A stretch of DNA of 50,417 nucleotides, filler included, from Bipalium vagum (Eukaryota), in the NCBI GenBank assembly GCA_037834085.1. It is 3 parts of 3 records of this genome, joined end to end, with 100 filler letters (N's around TTAATTAATTAA, not from the genome) between each part and the next. Parts side by side here need not be neighbours in the genome. Positions count along the whole stretch, not along the records: positions 1 to 17,359 come from JBBMKC010069655.1; 2 more parts are not named here. One strand, given 5' to 3'. The notes under the pieces are model-generated. The model saw only the letters and a list, made by a program, of their open reading frames with translations, did not search any database and had not been told where the DNA came from. Positions within the stretch are counted from its first letter, which is position 1; each line of letters starts with the position of its first letter. A program made the translations under genes and the position numbers. Shown piece by piece: positions 1-13,559 of the stretch.

Positions 1-45
1 AATTTAAGTATAAATAGACAAATGTAAAATGAGAATATCATAAAA

Positions 46-237
46 ATGCTTTTAAGTTTCTGCTGTTGTGTAAAGAAATTTTGTTTCACTAAAAAAGAGG
101 ACAAGAAACCACAATTATTATACATGGAAAAAATACCGTTCGAATTAATCAATGAGCAGCCCAAAGTAATAAACAATCAACTCAGCACACCGCCAACATC
201 CCTCTACATGGAACCTCTTATTCAATCCATACAATAA
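46..237 (+). CDS. Small unknown protein with N-terminal CCC cluster (copy A of an inverted paralog pair)
   Basis: 63-aa ORF, 42/63 identical with no indels to the ORF at 3031-3255 on the opposite strand, with the same stop position. The upstream ATG of copy B is ATA here and its Gln5 codon is TAA, so this copy can only start at the second conserved Met. Confidence 0.5.
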   Translation: MLLSFCCCVKKFCFTKKEDKKPQLLYMEKIPFELINEQPKVINNQLSTPPTSLYMEPLIQSIQ

Positions 238-2322
238 CAATTATCATTTAATAAATTCTCTTAGAAATATTTCGGTGTTATTATAACTTCTCATTATTTA
301 CTTTTTATTATTTAAGCTGACGTACAGCATCGATTTTTTCCTGGATAACTGCAGGAAGACTAGAGCGTCCACTTTGGAAATCGGGTACTAGCAGGAAATT
401 ATGGACTTATATAGTCCCTCATCCTCCAAAACAAATATCATTCCAGATCGATATTGTTCCTGAGAATGTCTCTTAGAAAAATGACAGGATTACTGGTCGT
501 ACATTTTATCTTGTGAATTCAATTTTTTTCATTGATTATGTTTTTTAAATAGTCACTGTAAACAAAGACTGATATGTTTAATTTATTATTCTTTGTATCT
601 AAATATAGACGTTTGTTTTACGCAATAGTTTTATTTTTGTAGGCTTGTATGCACCCATATACAAAATTTAAAAGACAGCCATTGTATTTGGTTTTTGTTT
701 CGTTTTTGATATGGTAAAAATCTTGGAACATCATTTATTTAAATTTGGACTAACAAAGAAAAAAGTTTTAGTTTGATCTACTCAGGATGGAACAGCTGTG
801 AATAAAAATACATTGATCAAACTGATTTAATTGGACAATTTTTTTGAAAAACGGAATTCATCTTGCTGTATGTCATCCATTATATATAAAAATAAAAATT
901 GTGATAATCCAATGAAAGAAAAACTAGCATGATGAGGTCGATTATTTTGAAGAAGGATTTGAATTTGAAGTCTGGACTCCAGACTGTTCTACTCCAAGAT
1001 AAATAATTACCACAACAAAGCTTTAAAAACTTATTTCATTCCCTAATACGTCTTTACTGATTAAACAAAATTTTCAGTGAACAAATATAAAATAAATGTG
1101 CAAGTGTGACCGAGCATATTTTTTTTCATCATATTTGTTTAAATTGAACCAAATTATGGTTTTAATTTGATTTATTTAATTTTATTGGAGTTTCACTGAA
1201 AATTAACTTATTTCCGAGAAATAAGTGAAATGGATATTTCTCCTTTTTATTAATTCTATACAATTATATATAAAATCATTTCTGGAAATCAGTAATCTTC
1301 TTATAATCAAACGTTCTCCTAATTGCTAGTGATGGAATTGAGTGATCTTGATAATTTGTGAGAGTCGAAAGAAATAAAATTGAAATGGGAAATTGAATAA
1401 GGATAAAAACGGTTAAAAATTAATAAAAAAGCCATGGATACCAAAAAAAGCAATGAATTGATATGGTTGAAAGCTTTCTCTTTTGTTTTAGATCACATTT
1501 TCACCCTGCTGTCAGATTGAGATCTATATCTGTATTCATGTACATAGAAATTATCAATAACGACTTCTTAAGAACCAAGGCAATTGAAGAGCTTTTATCT
1601 GGTGCTTTCTCAGAAAAATCCATAATGATTTCAAAAAAACTGCATAATATTATTATTCTTAAGGGACATCAGACTCTGGATATTATGTAAATGACATATA
1701 TTTTAGTCCTTGGGTGTACTTAAATCTCTACATTCTGCATTTGTCAAAAATGTCACTGCTTCATCAAAGTTGAGAGTTCAATTATTTTCTGATTTTCTTA
1801 AAAAACGGTTCCTAAAAAGTATAGGAAGATTATAAATTATTTAATTTTTATTTTCTCATATTTAAACAAAAGCACGAAACGTTTGGCAGGTTTTGGAAAA
1901 AATCATAATCTTTTTAAAATTTACTTATTATTAATTATTTATTTGTTAGATGAAGAAAAAACGGGTTCTAGGAAAACTAATAGAAATCAATTATTTTTTA
2001 TTTTATGATTGAAAATTTTTGTCTGTTATTTTATTTGATTTTTAATTATATTTTTGAATTTTCTTTCTTATGCAAGTCTTAGAAGCATTGAAATTTCTCT
2101 ATGAAAAATTTAGAAATGCTATCATAACAATGAAAATGTTATTTGATGTTATTCAGGCTGGAAAATGACGAAATGATAAAAAATTTATTGAAATATATAT
2201 TTAGTTATTTTCAAATTTCCCACTTGATTTTTTAATATTCAAACAAACTTGGATTTAACGAATAAATATTAAGTACTATTTTTTAAGACGTTATTAATTA
2301 CCGTCTTCTTTAATTTTTTTAT

Positions 2323-3641
2323 AAAACTTTATACTTTAATTAGATATTTTAAAATATTCTTTTAATCGATATTCTTTTAATACATTCAAACTTTTGATTA
2401 CCTTTTAAATTTTAAATTTTAAATTTAAGATCTTCAATTAATGCATTGATTTTAAATTACATTTAAACTTTAAAATGGAAAATTCTTTGAGTTATTGAGT
2501 TCATCAATTCAGATTTCAGCAATTTTCGATTTATTTAATGACTACGTTGATGATAAATAAAATCGGTGGACATTTTGATGATTAAATGCATTCTTACTTT
2601 TTATAAATTGATTTGTAAAAATATAATTTAAAAATATTGGTACACATACCATACAATGCTTCCATATAGGTTTTTATATCATGTTTGTTTGCCTCTTATT
2701 ATGTCTCTGATACCTTAGTGAAATAAACGATGTTGTTAAGTTCCTGAAAGATGTATGAAGTGGATTTCCCAATGAAATTGTAGGAAATTAAGGAGTGAGA
2801 GTAATTTTTGGTATTGTATGTAATTAATAAATGAATAAAGGGCAAAATAATTTTGATCTCCAAAAATTCAAATTCTTCATCGGCTACAAGGCAAAGAATG
2901 TGCGGAAAGAGTAACAATGTTTGGAGCCTTAATCAATGAAATCCACGATGATTCAGCTTAAATAAAAAAGTAAATAATGCAAGTTATGAAAACCGGATTA
3001 TTTCTAAGAGAATTTATTAAATGATAATTGTTAATCTATGGATTGAATTAAAGGTTCCATGTAGAGGGATGTTGGCGGTGTATTGATTTGATTTTTTAGC
3101 ACTTTAAGCCGCTCATTGATTACTTCAGACGATATTTTCTTCATATTGAATACCAACGGTTTCTTTTCCTCTTTTTTAATGAAAAAAGATTTCTTTACAC
3201 AACAGCAGAGACTTAAAAACATTTTTATGATATTCTCATTTTGCATTTGGTCCATTTATATTTAAATGATTTGAGGAAAAATTAATATTTGCACCATCGT
3301 TATATCACGTACGGTAATGACGAAAACATGAAAATAGAATAAAAAAATGATTATTGTTTTATTAAAATTATATCAAAAGTAATGAAAAATATATTATATT
3401 TATAATAATATAAAGTGCAATAATTAAAAATAATCATTAAAATAACAATAATAATAATAATAATAATAATATATAACAATTATATAATTATATTATATTA
3501 TATATTTTTTAAAACTTTATACTTTAATTAGATAATTTAAAATATTCTTTTAATCTATTAATACTTTCAAACTTTTGATTACCTTTTAGATTTAAGATCT
3601 TTAATTAATGCATTGATTTTAAATTACATTTAAATTTAAAA
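2323..3641 (+). repeat. Imperfect ~130-150 bp direct repeat (~2323-2476 and ~3511-3641)
   Basis: Shared string aaaactttatactttaattagata…caaacttttgattacctttta…atgcattgattttaaattacatttaaa in both places. Confidence 0.85.
3031..3255 (-). CDS. Small unknown protein with N-terminal CCC cluster (copy B)
   Basis: 74-aa ORF paralogous to 46-237; CCCVKK and TPPTSLYMEPLIQSI are invariant between copies. Confidence 0.55.
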   Translation of the reverse strand: MDQMQNENIIKMFLSLCCCVKKSFFIKKEEKKPLVFNMKKISSEVINERLKVLKNQINTPPTSLYMEPLIQSID

Positions 3642-6479
3642 TTTATTTTAATTAATATTAATTAATTAATAAATTAATTATTTTTTTTGTTGTGGAATAA
3701 TTTTTTTAAACTTTGTTTGAATTAAAAAAAATTGGTTCTGAGATCCATTGTGACTGTTAAAAATGTATACGTGCCTTTTTTAATAAAGGTTTTATCTACC
3801 AATTCTTAGATGGTATTAGTTTAAATCTGAAGTCAGAAATTACTCAATTGAAACAAGCATGATAAACTTCGTAAATTAAATTAATTTTCCACTAAAATTA
3901 AAATATTAAAAATGGTTTCTGCACTCAACCATTAGAATGGTATCCACTTTGATTACACAAAATGTTATTCAAAAATCTCATAAAATAATTGATCATTCAC
4001 CACATTTTACCACATGAAAATAAAAATTTATCACTTTCTTAAAATGATAAAACCAGAAATTCGTCTCATTAAAGATAAATTTGCATAAATATATTTGATG
4101 AAATGATTATTGAAAGTACTGAAAAGAATATTCTTTTTAATATAATATTTACATAAATAAAAAAAATTGCATATTATTTTCAATAAAATTATTTATTTGA
4201 GTTTCATTATAATGATTCGGTTGCTAAAAATGAATGGCAGTTTTTATAAAACTAATTAACTAATAATTAACTAAACTAATAAACATATAAATTTTTGTTG
4301 TTTTAATACACATGTATCATTTTAAAGTGTTTAAATTTAAATTATATTTCTGTAAACATTTTATCATTATTTAATTTTAAACAACGTTATTATGATTTTT
4401 TAAAGACAATATTGATAAAATAAGACATTTACGTGCTATTATTTTAAAATATTTTTTACTGAGACACAAAGTAGCAGTTATTTTTTGAAACCATTCAACC
4501 CAAAGGAGTTATCTTAAATTTAAATAAAAATTATGTTATAAATATGACTTTCAATAATAAATTTAAAAAAATAAAATACCATTTTTATATCTATTATGAA
4601 TGAATACTACACGTTCTTCCACAGATGACCTTTTTGACATTGCCTAAAGAAAAACAAAATTATAACTTAATTATTGATTTATTTTCCAAAATTTTCTTCC
4701 TAAATTAAATATACATTAACATTTAGAAAAAATTAAAACTATTTGAAATATTCATGTAATATAATGAATAACAAAAATATAATAAAACCATTATTACTAT
4801 TATTTATCAAAAAAAACATTACTTAATTTATAATTCGGATAATCCAAATTCAGAAGAGGTTATGGAAAAAAATCAAATGAATAATAAAAAGATAAAATCA
4901 TCCTAATATACTCTACGGTTTCAGCTTACCAGAAGATTTTTGCTCATTTGAACGGAATTGAAAATTTTGAGTTCTTCATTTTGATTGGTTATTTAATTTT
5001 ACTGTAAAACTAATCAAATAAATTGTAAAATGGTTCGAAAGCTGTCTGTAAATAATTTTAATGATTTTTACCAATTTTCCTACTTGATTTTTTAATTGAT
5101 ACAAGATGAAACAGGTGTTTTGATATTTTTAAATTATAATTAAATATTTAATTATTCATTTATAGGTGATTTTTTTAAAATGATTTCAAAAAATTTGTTT
5201 AAATTTTTAAGAGTATTTCTTAGGCTTAACTGTTGTCTAAATTCTCTATACATCTTTTACTTGGACTACTCGTATTTTGAACTGACTTATTTTCTACTAT
5301 ATAAAGATGACGACATCCATGATATTGAAAATTTTAAACAATATTAAAAGTGCGCCACTTATGAATCATTTTCTATTAAACTATACACTTATGAGGCTTT
5401 CGAGGTATTCTCAGAGAAACTTAGATAAAAGAAGATCAGAAAAAGTCTCTTTTTTTAAATTTAGAAAAATTAATTCATTTTAAAAAGAATTTAATTAATC
5501 AAAAGTTAGCTCATAAGCCTGAAGGATAAATTATTTGTTTATTATTGCTTGTTCGCTATGCGGAACAATAAACTTAAAAGTAAAGTTTAAAGTTTTATTT
5601 ATTATATAATTTATATAAGAAATTTTCATTAACCAAAAATCTGAAAATTAAGAAAAAGATAAAATATCTTTATACGCGCTGATGTTGATCTGACTGTTTG
5701 AAATTCCGACTATCACAAGAGTTCTGCGACAACCTTCTGTATGTCTAGTATTTACTCACAATTATCAAAATTTAGTAATGAATGAAAGATAATGGGATGA
5801 AAATGGACCTTAGAATTAAAATAAATATGATATAGACGAGTGAAATAAGCAAAAATGCAATGAAACCATAGGGTATGATAACTCTTCGATAACTTTTCCT
5901 TTAAAGATTGTCTGAGTCTAATATTGTCCACGTCAATCACTCACGATCTAAAACACACTATAAAACCAGTTGAATGTCTTTCCAAAATCAAAATTCAATA
6001 ATAACAAGTAATAATCATTGAGTTTTCAAACTTAATTGTTTTAACAATCTCGAATCTCAAAAGATTTTATTAAAGTCAAGTTGTTAAATCGTATCAAGTT
6101 ATTTAATATCAAATCGATAGCAGAATAGAAAATATCGATCACTTTAAAATCAAGATCTGTCACCTTATGATATTAAAATCATTAATCATAATAATTGAGT
6201 CCTTAACTCAATGTCAGGAGGAAATATTTTCAGTCTTCGGATTTCAATCGATATAGCTACAGAATTTAGTTTTAGTTTTAAATGATTAATTTAATGTCGA
6301 AGTAATATTAATTTTTAGCTTTACTTTTGTAACTATACAGTATATTAATTAATTTTAACGAAAGTGATTGCTATTAAGGTGGTTGTGCTCCCATAAAACG
6401 TTCCACTAATTAAAAAATCACTCTGTAAGTCTGTATTTTAAAAAACGAGAAATATTAAATTCATAAATATTAAATTAAC

Positions 6480-8290
6480 CTTGACAAAAGACCTGCAGTG
6501 ATATAGAGGGTCAACCCAGTTCAAAATTCCGGACTTTTTATATACGTCAATCAGAAGTAAAAGTCCTTGCTTAGGCGGGTGATATAGCGTTGATCTAGGA
6601 CACTGATAAAAACTGTAAAATCTTATCAACAAAACAATTCAGAAACTTATTATATTGGACTACAATTTAAACCAGAAAATGTGCATTTTGAGCTTTCCGC
6701 AACACAACGATGATATTGAAATTGACATCTACAATTCCAAGATTAAAAAGATAATTGGCAAGGAATTTTATCAGAATCTAGGAGTTTCTATAGTTGATAA
6801 AAATTACTCACCCTATGAATTGCTAAGCAAACTAATTATTGACACTGAAAAACTGGTAAACACTGATCTCACTGACTGATAAAAGGTAAAAACATATAAA
6901 GTGTTTTTACAATGCAGACTTCTATTCACATTTCGAACTAGAGAAATAAAAATTAAAGCAGTCAACAATAAAATCTATAATGACAATAAAAGAAGCAAAT
7001 GAAGATCATATTTAAGAAAAATGCTACACTTGCCTGAAAATTCGGAAAATTGTCTTCTCTATTCGTCAATTGCATATGGTGTTGCTGGCTTCACTGATTT
7101 GCAAGACGAATATTTGATTCAGTCATTAGATCAAGGATTTAGATTTATGAATTTTTTCCGAAATTTTACAGATTGACTCATTCGTGATTCATTATCTTAT
7201 GTTAGTAGACCAAGGCTGAGAATAGATAATCCAACAACAACAGATTGCTTAGAGTGACTAAATGGAAAAAAATAGAAAACAACCATGAATCGAAAAAGAC
7301 ATGGTAGATCCAAATCAGAAAAGCAATTAAATTTTTTCCTCTCTTCATCAAATCACTTAGTTATGAAATGATAAAAGAAGAAATTTTCCTACGAGTAACA
7401 CAAAAATTCGTGACACTTAATTAATTTGGCCTAATAACCGCAATGCTTAGGCAGTAAAGTTGGAAAAAAGTGGATGGAACAATTTCTTTGCAAGGACCGT
7501 TAATTTATGCCAATTAACAAACAAGAGAATATTTCGCGGAGAATTGGGAGGTTTTATCTTCAAATTTATTCATAAAACCAAAACCAGCACATTGGCAGTC
7601 AATGATTACCCATTTATTAATGAAGTCCAGGTTCGCCTATACAGACTCTGTCATTCTGAGAATGGGTCGATGACTGCAATCTTTCCTTAACTGGACAAAG
7701 ACATGATATTTGTCTGGAAAAAATTCTTCAATGAACTTCAAAGATTAAAAATGATTGTACAGAAAAATATGCAATATCAAAATGTTCAAGACTCGAAAGA
7801 GAGAGTAGACTTAAATATTACAAACGTATAGAAGAAGATTATTTACTTGGTTGATTTCAAATGTCCAATTGACTCTTTACCAAACTTTGATATAAGTGAT
7901 AATAAAAATATCATAAAGTATTCGGGCTTGAAGAGAAAAATTAAACTGACAAAACCTTATTTTTAATGTCCAACTGAAACGCTGATTATAGATCTCTCGG
8001 CATTATACATCACGATGCCATAGGCATACTAATTAATATTGGAATTCCACAAAGAGAATAAAATGCACTCTTAAAGTCATGTGCATTATTAAACATTGAG
8101 CAATAGGCAAAGGTTTGGAACTTCCACAATATTGAATATTTGGTCCATTTTATACAGATTGAAGAAAATGAATGTTTCCGCTGAATGAAATTTATCATAA
8201 ACCCATGCTGGTTTATTACATCCATGGTACTTGTGCTTGTTTATATACTTTATGAGCTTTGTGTACGTCAAATTTGTTTTATAAATAAAA
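6480..8290 (+). mobile_element. Decayed 5'-truncated non-LTR retrotransposon of the restriction-like endonuclease group (NeSL/Utopia/R2-like)
   Basis: Collinear degenerate motifs by manual translation: KVLA*AGDIALI (=LAYADD, ~6560-6595), YQNLGV (=YKYLG), KVKTYKVFLQCRLLFTFR, RKMLHLPENSENCLLYSSIAYGVAG (=LP..Y..GG.G), FKFIHK..TL.VN…RLCH (eroded CCHC finger), RHDICLE (~7699), ERVDL, YLVDFKCP, KNIIKYSGL (RLE nuclease). Confidence 0.85.
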
Positions 8291-8399
8291 TAGTAAATAG
8301 AATTTATTTTACTTATATTAATATTTGTTACTATTATTTCTCATTTAGGGGTAACCCCAATATACCTCAGTAAATTTAATTCATTTTTTGTTTTCACTC

Positions 8400-9360
8400 A
8401 ATTGAAAACAATAAGAACAAAATGATAATTTGAGCTTAAAACATTAAAAACTGACGAGTGACTTTGTACATTAGACTATTGTCTCAGATGAAATAGTCAA
8501 ACATTGAAAAAATCAAAAGATCGTTGAGTTCGAATGCTGCCTAAATGAAACCTCAGAACTTGATTTCAAAAGTCTCATAATTCCAGATTGATACTGCACT
8601 TTTAATACGAAAGATTTTCGAAATACACAAGAGATATTTTCCAAAGAAAATTGAATTTGTTGACTTATCTTTAAGTTGTTTCTGGGAGCAACTCAATTTT
8701 GAAAACACTATTTACACGAGTTTTGTCTTATGTTTCTTACAAACATAGTTGAGTTTACACTGGTTAGGTGTTGGGTTTCATTGAATATTAAGAATTTCAA
8801 AAGAATCTAACAGCATTTGGTGGTATATTAATGCAATATAAATAATCTTAAAAAATATTGTCAGCATTGTGAAACGCGCTCTATTTAAGACCCTCTCAAA
8901 CAATAAGGTCAAGATATATTTTGATCAGATTACCTAAAATATTCTTAAAAACCTTTTGTCAGTATAATACACGGCCTGACAAGTCATTTTAAGATTTGGA
9001 CGAGCAATTGTTAAAATGAGAAATTTCATTTATATTTGTGGTTATTGATGCACTGGTACTCATGAAGCGGCTGTAATAATTGATAATTTTCCATTTGATA
9101 AGCATAAAAAGTACAGTCGAAATTTAAAGAATCAAATCACCGGCTAATATTTCTTCCACGTGATTTTCTCTTCTTAAACCCCAGTGAAAATCTCTTCATC
9201 AAATGGAAGAATGTAATTGGTTGTGGTCGACCAAACAAAAAACCTGAATTGTTACATCTATTAGAAACTGGATGACGACAAATTACAACTGAGAACTACA
9301 ACTTTGCATTATAATTTATTATTGAAGAAGATTTACCCAGAAAATTTCATTATTTTTGCG
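8400..9360 (+). mobile_element. IS630/Tc1-family DDE transposase relic
   Basis: VIIDNFPFDK (=VxMDNAxFH, ~9072-9100) and LIFLPRDFLFLNPSENLFIKWK (=FLPPYSPFLNPIE..F..WK, ~9144-9210); the 5' boundary is approximate. Confidence 0.65.
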
Positions 9361-10921
9361 GAAGTATGTCAAATTTATTTATTATGCCGGACAATCAACC
9401 GAACCTGTGGAGTTCTGTCGTCCTTAGACGATTCTAACTGACACCCAGGAATTGGCTAAATCTCAATAACTGGTAAATGTCTTTAGTTTTCTCTATTACT
9501 TTCTTTGATTTTGTAATTGATTTACATTACTTAATTACTAATATCACAATTACTTGGTGATCTGTTATTTACATTTTGACTTATTGGTTCACTTTTGTAT
9601 TATCCTTATTACTTACTGATTACAGTTATTTGGAGATCTGATAAATTTTTGTTTCTTCAATTTGACTTATCAACTATTTTTTATTGTTTATATTTGTTAG
9701 GTGAGCTGATCGATTGTGTTTTTATCTTTGAATTATTTTTTCACGAATTGGATTATTTTTTGACAATGGTTAAGAGTTATAAATTTATTTTGATTCAGTT
9801 AACCACGAACACGGGAATCGGAATTTTAGTGAATTTCTGATGGAACATCTAACGTTGTGCGAATCATTGTTTTATTGTTAATAAAATGTTATTGTTGAAT
9901 AATTTTTTTATTGTTAACACTATATAAGTAAAAAAATTGTGACTTAAAGCTTCAATAATCATAACTAATTTTCTAACCAAAATAATTTTTAAAAATATAT
10001 ATAAAAAAGAAAAGAAAATTAATTAATTAATTAAAATGTAAAATAGTCATTAAATTATAAATTTAATTAATTAATTAATTAATTAATTTTAAAATTGTGA
10101 TTATCTTAAAATATATCAGACTCCACAAACAATAATTATTGGTAGTATCTACAATTAATAAGAGAAAAGTAAACAAATAAACATTTTGAGAATCGATTAT
10201 TATGGATTAAATTAAGAGTATTTTATTAGATCATAATAATTGGGAGTTTTCAATAAATCAATATGATACATTCAAGTTAAAGTATTTGTCAATGTTCTCA
10301 TCCTTCTAATTATAAATTTCAGATTCCTCTTCATACATCAGGTAAACCTTTAATAAATGTTAACTTAACGTTGACAGATACAGTGCCCTTTAAATGAACT
10401 TCATCACACTTAAAAGTGCGTAATAAAAATAAATAAATGAAAATAAATTTATATTTTTAATCGTTTTTGCTATTTTCATTATCTAAGTAGATAATTCTAA
10501 AAATATACCTATATTAAGTATCGTGGATTTTTTTGCAAAAAATTTCCTGTAAAAGGAATTTTTAAATTTAATTGATTCACGGCGTTGTCAGCTATAATTA
10601 ATTTCAACCAAGTTCCAAAAATCCTGAGAAAAATTAAAAACCAGAAAATGACTTTTTTCTTAAAATTGAAAACCACACACTTGTTACGTAAGGGGTAAAG
10701 GGCCTACACAATATTTTTAGTGCAACAGATAAAAAGTGTTAAGGCTGTTTTTAGATTCTTTGATTAATGGTTTTTAATCACAAAATTATGCCGAGGATCG
10801 GAAAGGAAATAAAAATTGAATGCCTACACCAAAATTTTATTGACATAAAACCGAAAAAAAGAACTGAATAACAAATTTCCAAAATATAGAAAATTAAAGC
10901 CTACGCCTTTTTCAGGTTCTT

Positions 10922-11860
10922 TTGGGTTGTCCGGAAAGTTCGTGATCTTTTATTATAAAAATCAAAGACAAATGTTTTACAGAAAATCAATTTTTATTTA
11001 CAAACATAAGTACTCCCCGTAAAAAAAGTTTTGCCATCTTTCAGGTAATGCCATAATTCCACTTTCAATGAAATATTGCTTCTTGTGTTCCACAAAGCTC
11101 TTCAAGTACAATTTGATGGTGGAATAGGTGGTGAATATTTTATCTATCAAGACGTTTTTCAAGGAACGACATAAATGATAGTCCAATGGTGCAATATCAG
11201 GACTGTGTGGCGGATTTGGTAAACATTCCAAGCAAGTTCTAAATAATTGTTTCTGGGTGATTAAAGATGTGTGTGGCCTTACAATATCATGATGAAAGAC
11301 TACATTTTTGACTTACCAGCTCTGGAAATTTCTTTTGAAATGCTGCATTCATATTTGTTATTTGTTCACAAAAAATATTGAAAATAATTGTTACATTTCT
11401 TGGTTGAATTTCAATTTTAATTATTCCGTTATAATACGTCATATGAACATAATCTTTCTTTGATAAATATCAGCTTTCGATGTCGTTGGAGATGGTTTGT
11501 CATCAGGATCTTTTGCGTTGAATATCATTGGAAACGAATCACCTTTCTTACCCAGTTATTAAGCGTTTCAAAAATGGTTCATTTTGGTTATGCTTAAAAA
11601 GAAAATCAGTATTTATGAGTACCACTAACGGTGATTTGGTCAGATTATGTGATACTCAAAATCAAGTTTTTCTGAATAACTAGGTTTTCTTGAGCGATCA
11701 CCAATGATTGTTTTTGATGATCATGGTTCAATTTTATTATAAATTTTATCTTTGACTTTACACAACAGATTGAAAGTTATTGTTCAATATGTAATCTTTT
11801 TCAGACTAACTAAATCGTAATACGGACCACTAGTAAAAATTTTACGTTATCATAAAAGAC
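10922..11860 (-). mobile_element. mariner (DD34D) element relic
   Basis: ORF 10998-11231 has PNPPHSPDIAPLDYHL (=HPPYSPDLAPSDYHL); upstream HDIVRPH (=HDNARPH), PFLKRLITG*E (=ITGDEKW) and *VSHNL (=WVPHEL); mariner-type TIR ttgggttgtccggaaag at 10922. Confidence 0.9.
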
Positions 11861-11974
11861 TAGCGTCATTTTATAAAATTGTAATTTTCTATCAATTTTT
11901 AAATCAATAATTCAGGAACTGAAGTGGTCATTTAATTATTATTTATTTTTATTAAAAATCATAATTTTTATACT

Positions 11975-13225
11975 AAAGGGTGAACAATCAAAATCCGCAC
12001 ACTTAAACTAATTCATAAAAACAAAATGACAAAATTAATCACTAAGAAAAAAATGTTTTAACACTATATGAAACACGGATAATGTACATTACATAAAAAA
12101 GTGACATAAATAATGGTATGTTATATGCAACTTGGCGAACCTTCCTGCGAATACGTCCTAGAAAATTTTGCACAATGTATTAATCGACTTTCTGAGATGT
12201 CCCTAACCATTCTTTCGGAAATTCTTCAGTTTTATTAATAGTCTTTAAATAAATTTTTACAATTGACCAATATTCTTTAAAAGGTCGAAGTTCTTGACTG
12301 CTTGCAGGATTGCAACCTCAGGGTAAATAATGAACACCATTAGCCTCAGATAACTTTATAGTTTTTTTTGTAATGGATGCTTGCTAAATTTGGCCAGAAC
12401 AATGGATTTGTTTCACGTCTTTTCAGCAATGGTATTACACATTTCTGGAGACATTCTTTCTGATACATTTGTGTATTCATAGTACCAGAAGTGATATAAG
12501 GACTAGTATTTAGGCCACATAAACACATCGCCTGCCAAACAATCTTTTGAGGAAATTTTCTTCTGTATTTGAATTTGCGATCATCAGGAGCATCTTGACG
12601 GGTTGTGGCTGTCCAGCAGTATATTTAAAATTTTTAAAGACATTTGTTTCGTCATCCATGAAGACATGTTCACACTTTGTTAATACGTGATAGAATAGTG
12701 TCCCACAACTACATTTTATCGTCCGATTTTGTTTCGCATCACTATCTGGCCCCTTTAGTGCTCTGAATGTTCTTAATTCATCTTTCCATTTTGGTCTCTG
12801 CATAATGTACTGAGATTTTTGAAATTTTTGAACGATAGACCTAGTTGACATTTTCGGATTTTTTGCGAGATATTTATGACTTGTTGAGCCTCTCTTTTCT
12901 TTCTTGACCAGGACTACCACCACTCTTCCTGCCCATAGTTAATTTCTCCTTGAACCTTTCAATGACATTCCTGACTCTTGAATTAGATATTTTCAGGGTT
13001 TTTGAATTTCCTCGAATACTGAGATCGGTATTTTCCATATATTTTTGCAAAATTATATTTCTGTTTTCTAATTCCATTGATCGCATATTAATGAGTATTG
13101 CTTTTTTCAAATAAATATAAATTGATTTACAAAGAAGACAAACTATATGGATCAATATGAATTTTCTGGTTAATTTAATTTTACGGATATAGATAGACAA
13201 AAGTGTCAGGATTTTGGTTGGTTTT
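11975..13225 (-). mobile_element. Tc1/mariner superfamily element of the DD37E (ITmD37E/TRT) family, frameshifted
   Basis: ORFs 12874-13200 (HTH), 12510-12923 (FMDDET), 12346-12528 (FWPNLASIHY = FWPDLASCHY) and NPASSQELRPFKEYWSIVK (=NPPNCPELRPIEKYW); imperfect TIRs caatcaaaatccgcacactt (~11985) and aagtgtcaggattttggttg (13201-13220). Confidence 0.85.
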
Positions 13226-13559
13226 AAAAGAATTGTATATATAATGGCAAATTATTATAAAATAATATTATTTTCATAATTATTATTCTTGTAATTATTT
13301 TCTTAACTTTACTCAGAATATAGAAAATAAAATCAAAAGAAAACAATTTATTAATTTGTCCAATAAGAAATTGCGGAATTTTTACATCAATTTTAAAATT
13401 AAATTTTTTCAATAAGTCTTCATTGAAATTTTTGTTTATATGCATCAAATTAAAGAGAAATCATTAAACTTTATTTGCAATTTAAAGTAAACATATTAAA
13501 TTAAAATATTTTTCCTTTGAAAAACTAATTTGGACATGCTTATTGTATGAATTCAAGCT

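Larger units (their letters stand above)
1..3268. repeat. Inverted duplication with arms ~1-320 and ~2953-3268
   Basis: The reverse complement of ~2953-3268 aligns with 1-320, including ~85 bp downstream of the stop codons (…caattatcatttaataaattctcttagaaat…tttaagctga). Confidence 0.9.

Noticed and set aside
10690-10910. Three spaced gcctac(a/g)c motifs
   Set aside because: Too short and irregular to support without a matching element end.
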